The translations under genes and the position numbers were made by a program. Under the pieces are notes generated by a model, which saw only the letters and a program-made list of their open reading frames with translations, was not told the DNA's origin and made no database searches. Below are positions 21,923 through 38,316 of a stretch of DNA of 64,000 bases, piece by piece. How positions within the stretch are numbered: the stretch's first letter is position 1; each line of letters opens with the position of its first letter. Source of the DNA: the human T2T-CHM13v2.0 reference genome, Homo sapiens; assembly GCF_009914755.1 (NCBI RefSeq), contig NC_060935.1. One strand, given 5' to 3'.

Positions 21923-22482
21923 GTATGTAAACAGAGGCCAGTTTAGGCCAGGGCCAAGAAGGGAAAAAGGAATGGAGAGGAATAGGGTGCAAAGAGGCAA
22001 GACATGTGGCGCCATGCTCTGCCTCCACTGTTGTCTTGTTTGTGGCTTTGGACAAGTTTTCCTCTGTAAAATGAGGGTCTTAGTGATGCTATTAGTATCT
22101 TCAGACACCAAGTCTAGTGCTCATTCCCCCTTAGGGTTGGGCAGAGGAGTGTGTTGTAGAGAAGTAAACGGGAACATGAGAGGGAGAGGGAAGGAAATGG
22201 ATGGGTTAGGGTCTGCAGGCTGGAGAATAGGCTGGGCAGGAACTGGATGTCAGAAAGATGAAAGACAATGGTGGGGAGAGAGGAAACGGGGGACAGGCAG
22301 GAGAAATGCGGGTGATAGGGGAGGTGGGAGATAAGTCTGGGGAGAAGAAAGAGGCTGGCTAGGATTATAGGCACACTGGAGAATCAAAGATGTGAGGAGC
22401 GGAGAAAAGAGAGACAGTTTGAGTGGGCAGGAGGGCCATATGCAAGGGGTCCTTGCACCACCCCCTGCTGCCTGGCTCCCAG

Positions 22483-22791
22483 GATGATGCTGACGTGGAG
22501 TGGACGTTTGCTCGCTCCAAGCTGTATCTGTTCTACTTCTGAGAGGGCCTGACACTGCCTGTGCCCTTCAACATCCTGCCCTCCTCGAAGGCTGTCTTCT
22601 ACCTTCTCAGGTGATGACCTCAGAGCTCCCACTCCCACCCCCTAAATCCCCAGCCCCTGCCCCCATTTCCCTGTCCTCTAACCGACCTCTTCCCACCACT
22701 GAAATCTCTCAGGAGAATTTGCCAGTTCATTTGCTGTTGCTGTTCCTGCTGCAAAACCAAGAAGCCAGACTATCCCCCGATCCCTACTTTT
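22483..22791 (+). pseudogene. TRPC2: TRPC2 exons 10 (22483-22610, TRP box) and 11 (22713-22791)
   Basis: [32 protein letters not shown] with TGA at 22540-22542; RICQFICCCCSCCKTKKPDYPPIPTF. Confidence 0.95.
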
Positions 22792-23544
22792 GTGAGTACC
22801 TCCTCGGCTTGTTGCTGGTCGCCCTGGCGTAAGGCTTCACTTGTATTGTCTATACCATCCATTTGTCTGCATACCCCGGGCTTATCTATCTTTCCAGTAT
22901 GTTCCCCCAGAAAGCCTGTCCCAATCCTACTCTCTCACGTGGCTTCCCTTTCCCTCTTCCAGGCTCTGGCCATTTCCTGAATTTCCAACCCTGTGTCATG
23001 CAGCCTAAACAGAAGTCCTTACCACCCTCCTCCCAAGCTAGAAATACCCACTAAGCTCCAGACAGACCTTTTTGTCCTAAACTGGTCCAAGACGTAGTTG
23101 AACATTTTTTAAAAAAACATGTTAAGAAGCCAAAGGTAAATGTCCCACAAACTGGGCAGTTAAATGGCTGACAGTGGCCTAAGAGAGGAAGCCAAGAGGC
23201 CGGACATCCAAGGAGCTCCCCAGCCCAGTCTGGCCTGGCATGAGGGTGCCTTCCTAATTCAGGTACTGCCAGGTCTGTAGGGGGTTCTCCCCCTCCACAC
23301 CATCAGCCTCCCAGCCCTCGCCCACCCCTTCCTGGTCCTCTCACCGTCAGCCCTTTCCCAGCTTCTGGCCCCTGTCCTTCTACCTTCCAGGTCCGCACTG
23401 TGAGATGGAGGCCAGGGGCTAGGTGGGTCAGGGACAGAAAAGTCTACACAGACTTTTTTGCCTGGGGGTGGGGGGAAATGGGCAGTGATCAGAGGAAGGC
23501 TGGAGGTAGAGAATCTCCCTCACCCTCTTGTCTTCCCATTCCAG

Positions 23545-23674
23545 GCCAATCCCAGGGCAGGGGCTGTGCCTGGGGAGGGAGAGCGTGGATCCTACCGCCT
23601 TCACGTCATCAAGGCCCTGGTACAGCGCTACACAGAGACTGCCCGGCGAGAATTCGAGGAGACCCGGCGGAAAG
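23545..23674 (+). pseudogene. TRPC2: TRPC2 exon 12
   Basis: ANPRAG...YRLHVIKALVQRYTETARREFEETRRK. Confidence 0.93.
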
Positions 23675-24598
23675 GTTTGTCACCCACCTCCAAGCCCTCC
23701 CCATTCCTGTTCCTTGTTCAGCTGGGATAAAGGCTCCATACCCAGCGTCATGTCCTCATTCAGCCTGCATAATATGTGGTCCCATCCTGCCCTGCCCTTG
23801 GAAGGGTAACCTGCACAGCATGCCCCTTGCACTCCATTACCCTCTGACCCATCCGGGCATTTGTCCCACTCATTTCATGTAAGTGCTCATTCCTGCCTTC
23901 AGGTGTGTTCAGTTATTCTCCCATTCACTCCCTTACCCAGTCACTCATTCACCTTTTTCATTCACTCGCTTATTGACTCGTTCCACCAACATTCATCACT
24001 ATGGCCTCCTTTGTTCCAGGCCCTGTCTTGGAGGGAGAGACGGGGCACTGTAGGGCAGGGACACACGGGAAGCTTTCAGTCTGGTGAGGAAGAGAAACCA
24101 TCACAGCGGGCATGAAGTGCAGCTAAGAGAGACGCGAATTGCCATGGGCGCCTGAAGGGAGAAGGAGCACGTCATTTTGAGAGGCTCATGAGAAGGCAGA
24201 AGGATAGAGTAGCAGAAGGGACAAAGGGGGTGGGATCTGAACTGGGCCCTGAAGGATGGGGTGAGCTGGCTGGCCGTAGACTCGGGAGAGGGCAGGCAGG
24301 TGAACGCACAAATGTCTACGCAGTCCAGTAAGCTTTCCCCGTGGCTTGTCATCTTTCTCTGGCCCCCAGACTTTCCTTCTTTCCAGCTCCTCAGCTACTC
24401 CCTCCCACCCCCGATCAGATTCACCTGCCCCAGCTTCACCAACCCACCTGACCCCTAGCCCACAAACCCGTTCCTCACTTCTTCCAGTTCTCCCTCAGGA
24501 ATCCTGGATAGGGCAACCCCTGGGGTACTGTAAAGGGTAAAAGGGGTATAGGGCAGGCTCATCCTCTGAAAGGCCCCTTGGTACTCCACCTCCTCCAG

Positions 24599-24990
24599 AT
24601 CTGGGCAACAGACTCACAGAGCTGACCAAGACCATATCTCGACTGCAAAGCGAGGTAGCCGGTGTGCGGTGAACTCTGGCAGAGGGAGGGACGCCCTGGC
24701 CTCCCGACGGTGCCAGCGTCCTCAGTCACTACATCACTCAAGTGCACAACAGCTTCCAGAACCTGGGGCCTCCCATCCCTGAGACCCCAGAGCTGACAGG
24801 GCCTGGGATTGTGAGGACCCAGGAATCATCAGGAACCGGGCTTCAGGACACTGGAGGGGTGAGGACTCTGGCTTCCGGAGAGTCTGGCCCCTGCTCCCCA
24901 GCTCATGTGCTAGTTCATAGGGAGCAGGAAGCAGAGGGGGCTGGGGACCTGCCCCAGGGGGAGGATTCGGGGACTGAGAGGAGGTCCTGA
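24599..24990 (+). pseudogene. TRPC2: TRPC2 exon 13, coding part, with nonsense codon
   Basis: DLGNRLTELTKTISRLQSEVAGVR*TL...HVLVHREQEAEG...; TGA at 24670-24672; ancestral stop ends at 24990. Confidence 0.95.
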
Positions 24991-25090
24991 TACAGTGGAA
25001 GAGTCCCTTCTTCTGTTGCTGAGCGTGGTAGCCTAGGAGGGTGAGGGTGGGGGGCCCCTTGGGAGGAGCCTGTGCTGCTTTTCTTGCTTC

Positions 25091-25096
25091 AATAAA
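25091..25096 (+). terminator. TRPC2 polyadenylation signal
   Basis: AATAAA 100 bp after the ancestral stop, followed by GT-rich sequence. Confidence 0.7.
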
Positions 25097-25489
25097 GTTT
25101 CTGCTCTGGATGTGAGAGGCCTCCAGGCTGTGTGAGAATCTCTGTCTCTTGATGTTTTGAGGTCCTCCCTCTTCTTTCCCCTGAAATGGACCCTTGTGGG
25201 AGCAGGGCAGAGAGAAATGACTTGCTCTGTGTTCCCAAGTATCTTGGGCTTGGGATCCTACTTTGAGTTTCCTCAGATCTTTTATGGACAGAGTTCTGGA
25301 CCAGGAGGCAGGAGACCGGGGAGGCGGGAGGCCGGGGTTCAATGGGAACCCTCTGACCAGTTGCTTCCTTCCTTGGCTTTGCATTCCTCACCTGACAAGT
25401 GGGGCTGAGGAATCACCTGCCTGCTTTCCTGCCTTCATGGTTGTCGTGAGGACCCTCTAGCTGTTCTAGCTTCTGGATTTGCAAGTTAG

Positions 25490-25840
<351 letters not shown>

Positions 25841-25962
25841 CCAAGTTTTTTTTTTAGTCCCTCAGTCAGTCCCTCAGCCCAGCAAGGCCACAGCGGGGCA
25901 GAAGGTCTAGTCTCATGGAATAAACCAATCATAAAATTCCATGTCTCCACACTGCAATACCA

Positions 25963-25968
25963 TTTAAT
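25963..25968 (-). terminator. Candidate ART5 polyA signal (ATTAAA)
   Basis: tttaat on + about 200 bp past the ART5 stop, with T/GT-rich sequence downstream on the minus strand. Confidence 0.45.
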
Positions 25969-26171
25969 CACGTAGCTACCTCAATAAAACTCCATGTCTC
26001 CACATTGCAACACCGTTCAATCAAGTGGCTGCCTCAGTACTTTCCTTGCTTGTCCCAGGAAGTCCCCATCACATAGCAGAGTTCCCTCAGCCCTGCTGTG
26101 GCCTCCCCAGGCCAACATCCTGGTTGGGGAGAAGGCTGCTAGGGCTGGGTCCGGAACCATGTTCTTGCTTC

Positions 26172-29295
<3,124 letters not shown>

Positions 29296-29299
29296 CCCT

Positions 29300-30200
29300 G
29301 GAGGAGACGTGAGGGCCAGGGGTCCGGGTGAGGGCGGGACCAGAGGTGCTGGAGTCCTGGTTTCGAGGGGCTCGAGGCAGATCTGGACCCTGTCTCCAGG
29401 CGCACGGGATCCCGGGTCCAGGATTAGGGCCCCGGCGGGGCGTGGGCGGGGCCTGGGAGTTTATTGCCCGCCCCCCGCCCCAAGTCTCCGCCCCCGACTC
29501 CCCACACCCCTTCCTCAGAGCCTCCAGTCTGGGGACCTTTCCGAGACTGTAAAGGCGGGGCCGCAGTTTGGCTCCGCCTGAGAGGGGAGGGCCGGGGGCG
29601 GAGGACCCACTCGAAGGCTGCGGAGGCCGCCAGCGGGAGGGAGCGCCGAGGGCTCTGGCGGGCGCTGCGCTGTCCCCGGAGGAGTCCGGAGTCCGGCTGA
29701 AAGCAAAGGTTCTCGAGGCTAACTGTAGCCCCCGCGCTGGTAACCCGACACCCCTTTCCCAGCGCCGCACGCGGGGCCGGGAGCGGGCGCGCCAGGGCAG
29801 GGACTGAGGAGCAATTCCCTTTCTCAAGGCCTGCGGGGTCTTTCTGCGGGACCCTCTTTGGCTGTGAGTGAGGGGGAGGAAACTTGTGAGACTCGGCCTC
29901 TCCCTCAGGCGGGCCCTGACCCGGTCGGCCCCTGGTCCCCGGCCCACCAGGCCAGGGGGCCCCGCGGGGGTCCCGCCGGCCGAGAGGTCGCCCCCGGAGC
30001 ACTGCGATTTGCATACAGTTTGCATTTGGCCCACACCCTGGGCCACGTGCTCCAGCATCTGAGCAGCGCCCACTCCCTGCCTGCTCTGGGCCCTCTCCCC
30101 ATTCGCCTTCAGTGGGGTTGGGCCAGAGACAGAGCCCTTGGTCGCAGATCCACAGGGTCCAGTCTCGCCCCTCCCCCAGACCGCTCTCGTGGCCGCTCAG
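29300..30200. promoter_or_regulatory. CpG island / ART5 promoter and 5'UTR region
   Basis: Dense CpG, several GGGCGG boxes, directly upstream of the ART5 ATG; octamer ATTTGCAT at 30007-30014. Confidence 0.8.
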
Positions 30201-30725
30201 ACTCAGGTGACCCATGTTTGTAAACACTGGCCTTTCCCCCACCTCCTCTGGGCTTATCTATAAATAACCTGGCTCTGAGTTTTGGATGCCCCGTCAGAGG
30301 TCATGGGAGAAGGGGCCAGCGGAGGAATTGGTAGCTCAGGGAAGAGCTTCCTAGCAGCCTGAGCCAGGAGGAGGTGGGGTTGTCACCCCTCCTTCCCCCA
30401 GCGGCCGGAGGGTCGCTGAAAGCTAGGATTTCTGAGGGTTCTGAAAGCTAGGATTTGAGAAATGCTGCCTGCTGGGGCTGAGGTGGGCACGAAAGATTAG
30501 AGCTACCCAAAGGAATCCATCCTGGTCTGGCTCATTAATTTTCCCCATCCCTGTCCCCCCATCCCCTCAGAGTGTCAGCCAAATAAAAAGTTTCCTCCAC
30601 CTAGAATCCTGCTATCTCCCAGAATCCTTTCTGTACACCAAACGGGAAGACATACGGTGGGTCCAGGCTTGGAGGAGGGTGGGGAGGGAGGTGCTTCTGA
30701 GTGCTTGTTAGAAAAACAGCTCCAG

Positions 30726-31049
<324 letters not shown>

Positions 31050-31358
31050 CTAGCCATCCCAAAGCCCTCCCAGATTCTAAAATAAGGAATCATCCTACCG
31101 TTTCCCATCATGGTGAAAAACAGCATTTGCCTATATATCCTGCCTGCCCCACTCTCTGGAGGAAGTTGAGTGTTTGCAGTTGCTTGAAAAGATACCACCT
31201 GAGGACAGCTTGGCCTGCTGGGATGACCCGAGACCAGATGTATTGGAATCACTGCTTTGTCCCTCTCCACCCTCTGGCTTTGGGGGATTGCTTCTCCCAT
31301 CCCAGGACCTGGAACCCAAAATAAGGCCCCAAGAGATGGATTCAAATCTAGTCATTGG

Positions 31359-31652
<294 letters not shown>

Positions 31653-31979
31653 TCATTGGGCAGGGATCCTAAGTATAGCATTAAGAAGTCCTGCAAGATC
31701 ACTGGTAAGTCAGAGCTGGAACTGGGACTCAGAATACAGCCTCCTTAGTTCGAATCTCTCCTGGCACCTTAGCTAAGTCTCAGTGTTTGTGTGAAAGGTA
31801 CAAAATCTAAGGAGACGCTCTCTGAGGTCGGGGTGCTGAAGCTTCCTCCTCTCTTCCTCCTCCTTGGCTGACCAGAGTACAGGACCACAGCCAGTGAGGA
31901 GGCAGTTGTCCCAGCCTGGATCCCCAGTGCTTCAGTCCACCTCCTCTCTGGCTTCAGGGATTCCCTTTTTTGTGGGAAA

Positions 31980-32418
31980 TGTAGCAGGAAGAGCCTCAGA
32001 CAAAACCCCTCAGATGCTGAGTTAAAGAAGGAAGGGGTTTATTCAGCTGGGAGCATCGGCAAGACTCCTGTCTCAAGAGCTGAGCTCCCTGAGTGAGCAA
32101 TTCCTATCCCTTTTAAGGGCTCACAACTCTAAGGGGGTCCGCGTGAGAGCGTCGTGATCGATTGAGCAAGCAGCGGGTACGTGACTGGGGGATGCATACA
32201 CCGGTAATTAGAAGGGAACAGAACAGGACAGGGATCTTCACAGTGCTTTTTTATACAAATAACCGATTAGGTCAGGGGTCAATCTTTAACTGCCAGGCCC
32301 AGGGTGTGGCGCTGGGCTGTCTGGCTGTCTGCTTGTGGATTTCATTTCTGCCTTTTAGTGTTTACTTTGGAGGCAGAAATCGGACATAAGACAATATGAG
32401 GTATGGTTTCCTCCCTTA
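31980..32418 (-). mobile_element. Solo LTR, probably LTR3 (HERV-K HML-6)
   Basis: The minus strand starts TAAGGGAGGAAACCATACCTCATATTGTCTTATG, carries AATAAA (tttatt near 32038 on +) and ends CTACA; resembles the LTR3 consensus from memory. Confidence 0.65.
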
Positions 32419-32479
32419 GAAGAACACTGGGCAGGTCAGACTGGGCAGAGGCTGGTGTTCCTGAGCCCTGAGGAGACAT

Positions 32480-32635
32480 CCAGAAATAGATGGGGGCGTG
32501 TCACGTTTCTGAGCAGCTGTGTGGGGGAGGTTCAAGGGGTGGGGACTAACAATATCAAAAAGAAACTTGTCCTCCCCTCTCCTGGTGGCCATGGTGGAGA
32601 TCAGCAGCAGCTTCCCCACCCAGGACAAGGCCTAG
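32480..32635 (+). promoter_or_regulatory. ART1: Probable ART1 proximal promoter and non-coding exon 1 (donor GTAAGG at 32636); ART1 coding exons lie beyond the window
   Basis: Strong donor TAG/GTAAGG, E-box CAGCTG at 32514-32519, A/T-rich CAGAAATAG at 32481; position divergent from ART5 fits the known gene order; no ART1 CDS is visible here. Confidence 0.65.
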
Positions 32636-34494
32636 GTAAGGAGTGCACCACTCTCCTCCTGGGTGCTGGGCAGGAAAAGTGGTTTTGAGGTGAAATTTGG
32701 GAGATGAACGGTGGAATTTTAGGAGTCATGAGAAAAAGTTTCCAGGAAACTTTGATGAAGTTTGGGATACCTAGGAAGGTTGGGAGCCATGGGAAGTTTG
32801 GGATTCCTGTGGGGAGATTTGGGGTCACATTCCCAGGAGGGTATGTTCAGCAAGGGCCTGGATGAGAAACTGATGACAGAATTGCTCCGAGCAGGATGAG
32901 AGGGAGGACAGAAGCGCAGCTCCCTTGGGCTAGAAAAGGAATTGCTCAGCATCCCCAGCTCCTTGGGCCCATGCCCACCCCATCCCTCCGGTTCCCACCA
33001 CATCTCCCCTGACACTGGTCACCAAGGCCAGCCACCCACCTGCTCTGCAGTGGTCTACACTGTTAGCTGCGCTGAGAAAGTTCCTCAGACTCTCAGCAAA
33101 CATGCTGGGGCCTCCCCAGTCCCTGGCCTTGGCATACATGGTCCCTGCCCTCAAGGAACTCACTGGCCAGAAGAGGAGCCAGGCACATATAAGGGCAGCA
33201 CAGTGTGATAAGGACAGTGACAGAGGACAGCACAGGGTGATACCAGAGCCCAGAGGAGTCAGAGGGCTTCCTGGAGGAGGTGGCCCTCGGGTTAAGCCTT
33301 GAAGAGTAGGTATCCAGGAGAAGGGTGTCCCAAGGAGAGGGGCGATGTGTGCAGAGCCACAGGGAGGGTAACCACGGAGCCGCACCTGCGACGTTGTTCT
33401 GCACTACAGAAGCCAAGCAGGAGTGGCAGGTGCGAGCCTGCAGAGGGTGCAGAGGGCCAGGATAAGGACGCTGGCCTCTGTCCTTAGGGTATGGAGGGAT
33501 GTTTTGTTTGTTTGTTTTGTTTTTTTTTTCTAGATGTGTTTGTATCTCTTCCCTCATGATTTTCATCTCTGCATTTTTACTCTATATTTTGAGATATTTC
33601 TTCCAGTCAGTTTTGGCACAGAGGGCTTTTAAGCATGTAAGGAACATGACCAGAGTCGCGCTTTAGAAACATTGCTCTCCCTGGGCAGGCAGGATATTGG
33701 GGCTGACTGTGGAGGCGGGGAGATCAGCGAGGAGGAAGGGGCAAACCTGAGCCAGGGCAGGGGGTGTGGATGTTGAAGGGAAGGAGAATCTAGGATGGAC
33801 CCCTATCTCACCCAGCATTAGTTGGCAACTATGTGAATGTTTGACGAATGATTGACTGAATGGACACCCAGGGGACCATCATGGGTGACTGGGTGAATAA
33901 TGGGGATGGTTTATCACGTGAGACTTGCCATGGCAAATTAACAGGAGCCACCCTGAGCTAGATTAAGCCTAAAGAGGATTTTATCACAAGGATACCAGGG
34001 TATCTCATGGAACCCAAGGACCAGATGCAAAGAGCCTCTAGAAAGCCAAGGAGGAGTGCGGCTCCACCTGACCTCTGGCTTCATCAATCAAGCAGCTCAC
34101 CCTCTGCCTTTCAGCCTTCTCTTTCCCTTGCTCTGGGGATCTCATCTCTTCCCTGATTTCAATCACCTGTGACTCTCAGATGTCTCCTTGATTGTCCATT
34201 CTGCTACCTCTTGGACATCTGCTTCAGGGAGTTCACATTTCCCAAAGTGAACTCACCATTTCCCCTCCAAACCCGATCATTCATTCAATACATTTTTACT
34301 GAGCACCTGCTTTGTACTGGGACTACAATAATGAGCAAGATGAGCTTTTCAAGTCTACTCTGGTATAACATTGTGCCTATAGTAACAATAAGGCACTGTG
34401 CACTTAAACATGTGTAAAGAGGGTACATCTCACATTAAATGTTCTTGCTACATGAAAACCAAAAACAAAACAAAACAAAATAAAAATAAAAACA

Positions 34495-35271
<777 letters not shown>

Positions 35272-35404
35272 TTATACTTCAATGAGGCTGAAAAAAAAAA
35301 AAGTAAAGTTGCACAGGGCTGTGCTGGAGCAGGACACTCTGCAGTCATGTAAGAATGGTGGAAGAAGATAGAGGGCAATAAAAGAAGATGGGCAATAAAA
35401 GAGG

Positions 35405-35764
35405 TGTCAGGCCTCTGAGCCGAAGCTAAGCCATCATATCCCCTGTGACCTGCACAAACACATCCAGATGGCCGGTTCCTGCCTTAACTGATGACATTGT
35501 CTTGTGAAATTCCTTCTCCTGGCTCATCCTGGCTCAAAAGCTCCCCTACTGAGCACCTTGTGACCCCCACTCTGCCTGCCAGAGAACAACCCCCCTTTGA
35601 CTGTAATTTTCCTTTACCTACCCAAATCCTATAAAACGGCCCCACCCTTATCTCCCTTCGCTGACTCTCTTTTCGGACTCAGTCCACCTGCACCCAGGTG
35701 ATTAAAAGCTTTATTGCTCACACAAAGCCTGTTTGGTGGTCTCTTCACACGGACGCGCATGAAA
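35405..35764 (+). mobile_element. 5' LTR7 (360 bp)
   Basis: TGTCAGGCCTCTGAGCC...GCATGAAA; TATAAAA at about 35630; ATTAAA at 35701. Confidence 0.95.
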
Positions 35765-36369
35765 TTTGGTGCCCTGACTCAGATCGGGGGACCTCCCTTA
35801 GGAGATCAATCCCCTGTCCTCCTGCTCTTTGCTCTGTGAGAAAGACCCACCTACAACCTCAGGTCCTCAGACCGACCAGCGCAAGAAATATCTCACCAAT
35901 TTCAAATCCAGTAAGCAGACTCTTTTTACTCACTTCTCCAACCTCCCTCACTATCCCTCAACCTCTTTCCCCTTTCAATCTTGGCGCCACACTTCAATCT
36001 CTCCATTCTCTTAATTTCAATTCCTTTCATTTTCTGGTAGAGACAAAGGAGACACGTTTTATCTGTGGACCCAAAACTCCGGCGCCGGTCACGGACTGGG
36101 AAGGCAGCCTTCCCTTGGTGTTTAATCATTGCAGGGACACCTCTCTGATTATTCACCCACGTTTCAGAGGTGTCAGATCATGCAGGGACGCCTGCCTTGG
36201 TCCTTCACCCTTAGCGGCAAGTCCCGCTTTTCTGGAGGAGGGGTAAGTACCCCAACCCCTTTTCTCTGTGTCTCTACCCCTTCTCTGCTTTTCTGGGGGA
36301 GGGGCAAAAACTCCTCAACCCCTTCTCCTTCACCCTTAGCGGCAAGTCCCGCTTTTCTAGGAGGAAAGA

Positions 36370-36525
36370 ACCCCCAATCCCTTATTTCCACACCCCAACC
36401 TCTTACCTCTGTGCCCCAATCCCTTATTTCCACGCCCCGACCTCTTATCTCTGTGCCCCATCCCTTATTTCCGTGCCCCGACCTCTTATCTCTGCGCCCA
36501 AACCCCTTATTTCCACGCCCTGACC
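36370..36525 (+). repeat. Degenerate ~40-bp tandem repeats in the HERV-H leader
   Basis: Recurring CCCTTATTTCC...CCTCTTATCTCTG units. Confidence 0.7.
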
Positions 36526-37659
36526 CCTTTCCCGCTTTTCTGGAGGGTAAGAACCCCTGAACCCCTTCCCTCCGTTTCTCTACTCTCTCTTTTCTCTGGG
36601 CTTGCCTCCTTCACTACGGGCAACCTTCCACCCTCCGTTCCTCCGTCTCCCTTAGCCTGTGCTCTCAAGAACTTAAAACCTCTTCAACTCACACCTGACC
36701 TAAAACCTAAATGCCTTATTTTCTTCTGCAAGGCTGCTTGACCCCAATACAAACTCGACAGTGGTTCCAAATAGCCAGAAAACGGCACTTTCAATTTTTC
36801 CATCCTGCAAGATCTAAATAATTCTTGTCGTAAAATGGACAAACGGTCTGAGGTGCCTGACGTCAAGGCATTCTTTTACACATCAGTCCCTCCCTAGTCT
36901 CTGCCCAATGCAACTTGTCCCAAATCTTCCTTCTTTCCCTCCCGCCTGTCCCCTCAGTCCCAACCCCAAGTGTCGCTGAGTCTTTCTAATCTTCCTTTTC
37001 TACAGACCCGTCTGACGTCTCCCCTCCTCCCCAGGCTGCTCCTCGCCAGGCTGAGCTAGGTCCCAATTCTTCCTCAGCCTCAGCTCCTCCACCCTGTAAT
37101 CTTTTTATCACCTCCCCTCCTCACACCCGGTCTGGTTTACAGTTTCATTCCGTGAGTAGCCCTCCCCAACCTGCCCAGCAATTTCCTCTTAAAAAGGTGG
37201 CTGAAGCTAAAGGCGTAGTCAAGGTTAATGCTCCTTTTTCTTTATCCGACCTCTCCCGAATCAGAGCGTTTAGGCTTTTTCATCAAATAAGAAAAACCCC
37301 GCCCAGTTCATGGCTCGTTCGGCAGCAACCCTGAGACGCTTTACAGCCCTAGACCCTAAAATGTCAAAAGGCCACTTTATTCTCAATATACATTTTATTA
37401 CCCAATCTGCTCCTGACATTAAATAAAACTCCAAAAATTAAATTCCGGCCCTTAAACCCCACAACAGGACTTAATTAACCTCACCTTCAAGGTATACAAT
37501 AATAGAATAGAGGCAGCCAAATAGCAATGTATTTCTGAGTTGCAACTACTTGTCTCCACTGTGAGACAAACACCAGCCACATCTCCGGCACACAAGAACT
37601 TCCACACGCCTGAACTGCAGCTGCCAGGGGTTCCTCCAGAACCTCCTCCCCCAGGAGCT

Positions 37660-37701
37660 TGCTACAAGTGCCGGAAATCTGGCCACTGGGCCAAGGAATG
37701 C
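37660..37701 (+). pseudogene. HERV-H gag nucleocapsid zinc knuckle remnant
   Basis: CYKCRKSGHWAKEC (C-x2-C-x4-H-x4-C). Confidence 0.9.
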
Positions 37702-38316
37702 CCACAGCCCAGGATTCCTCCTAAGCCGTATCCCATCTGTGTGGGACCCCACTGAAAATCGGACTGTTCAACTCACCTGGCAGCCACTCCCAGAGCCCCT
37801 GGAACTCTGGCCCAAGGCTCCCTGACTGACTCCTTCCCAGATCTTCTCGGCTTAGCAGCTGAAGACTGACATTCCCCGATTGCCTCGGAAGCCCCCTAGA
37901 CCATCAGGGACTCCGAGCTTTGAGTAACTCTCACAGTGGAAAGTAAGTCCGTCCCCTTCTTAATCAATATGGAGGCTACCCATTCCACATTACCTTCTTT
38001 TCAAGGGCTTGTTTCCCGTGCTTCCATAACTGTGGTGGGTATTGACAGCCAGGCTTCTAAGCCTCTTAAAACTCCCCAACTCTAGTGCCAACTTAGACAA
38101 TACTCTTTTAAGCACTCCTTTTTCATTATCCCCACCTGCCCAGTTCCCTTATTAGGCAGAGACACTTTAACTAAATTATCTGCTTCCCTGACTATTCCTG
38201 GGCTACAGCCACACCTCATTGCCACCTTTTCCCCCAGTTCAAAGCCTCCTTCACATCCTCCCCTTGTATCTCCCCACCTTAACCCACAAGTATAAGACAC
38301 CTCTACTCCCTCCTTC

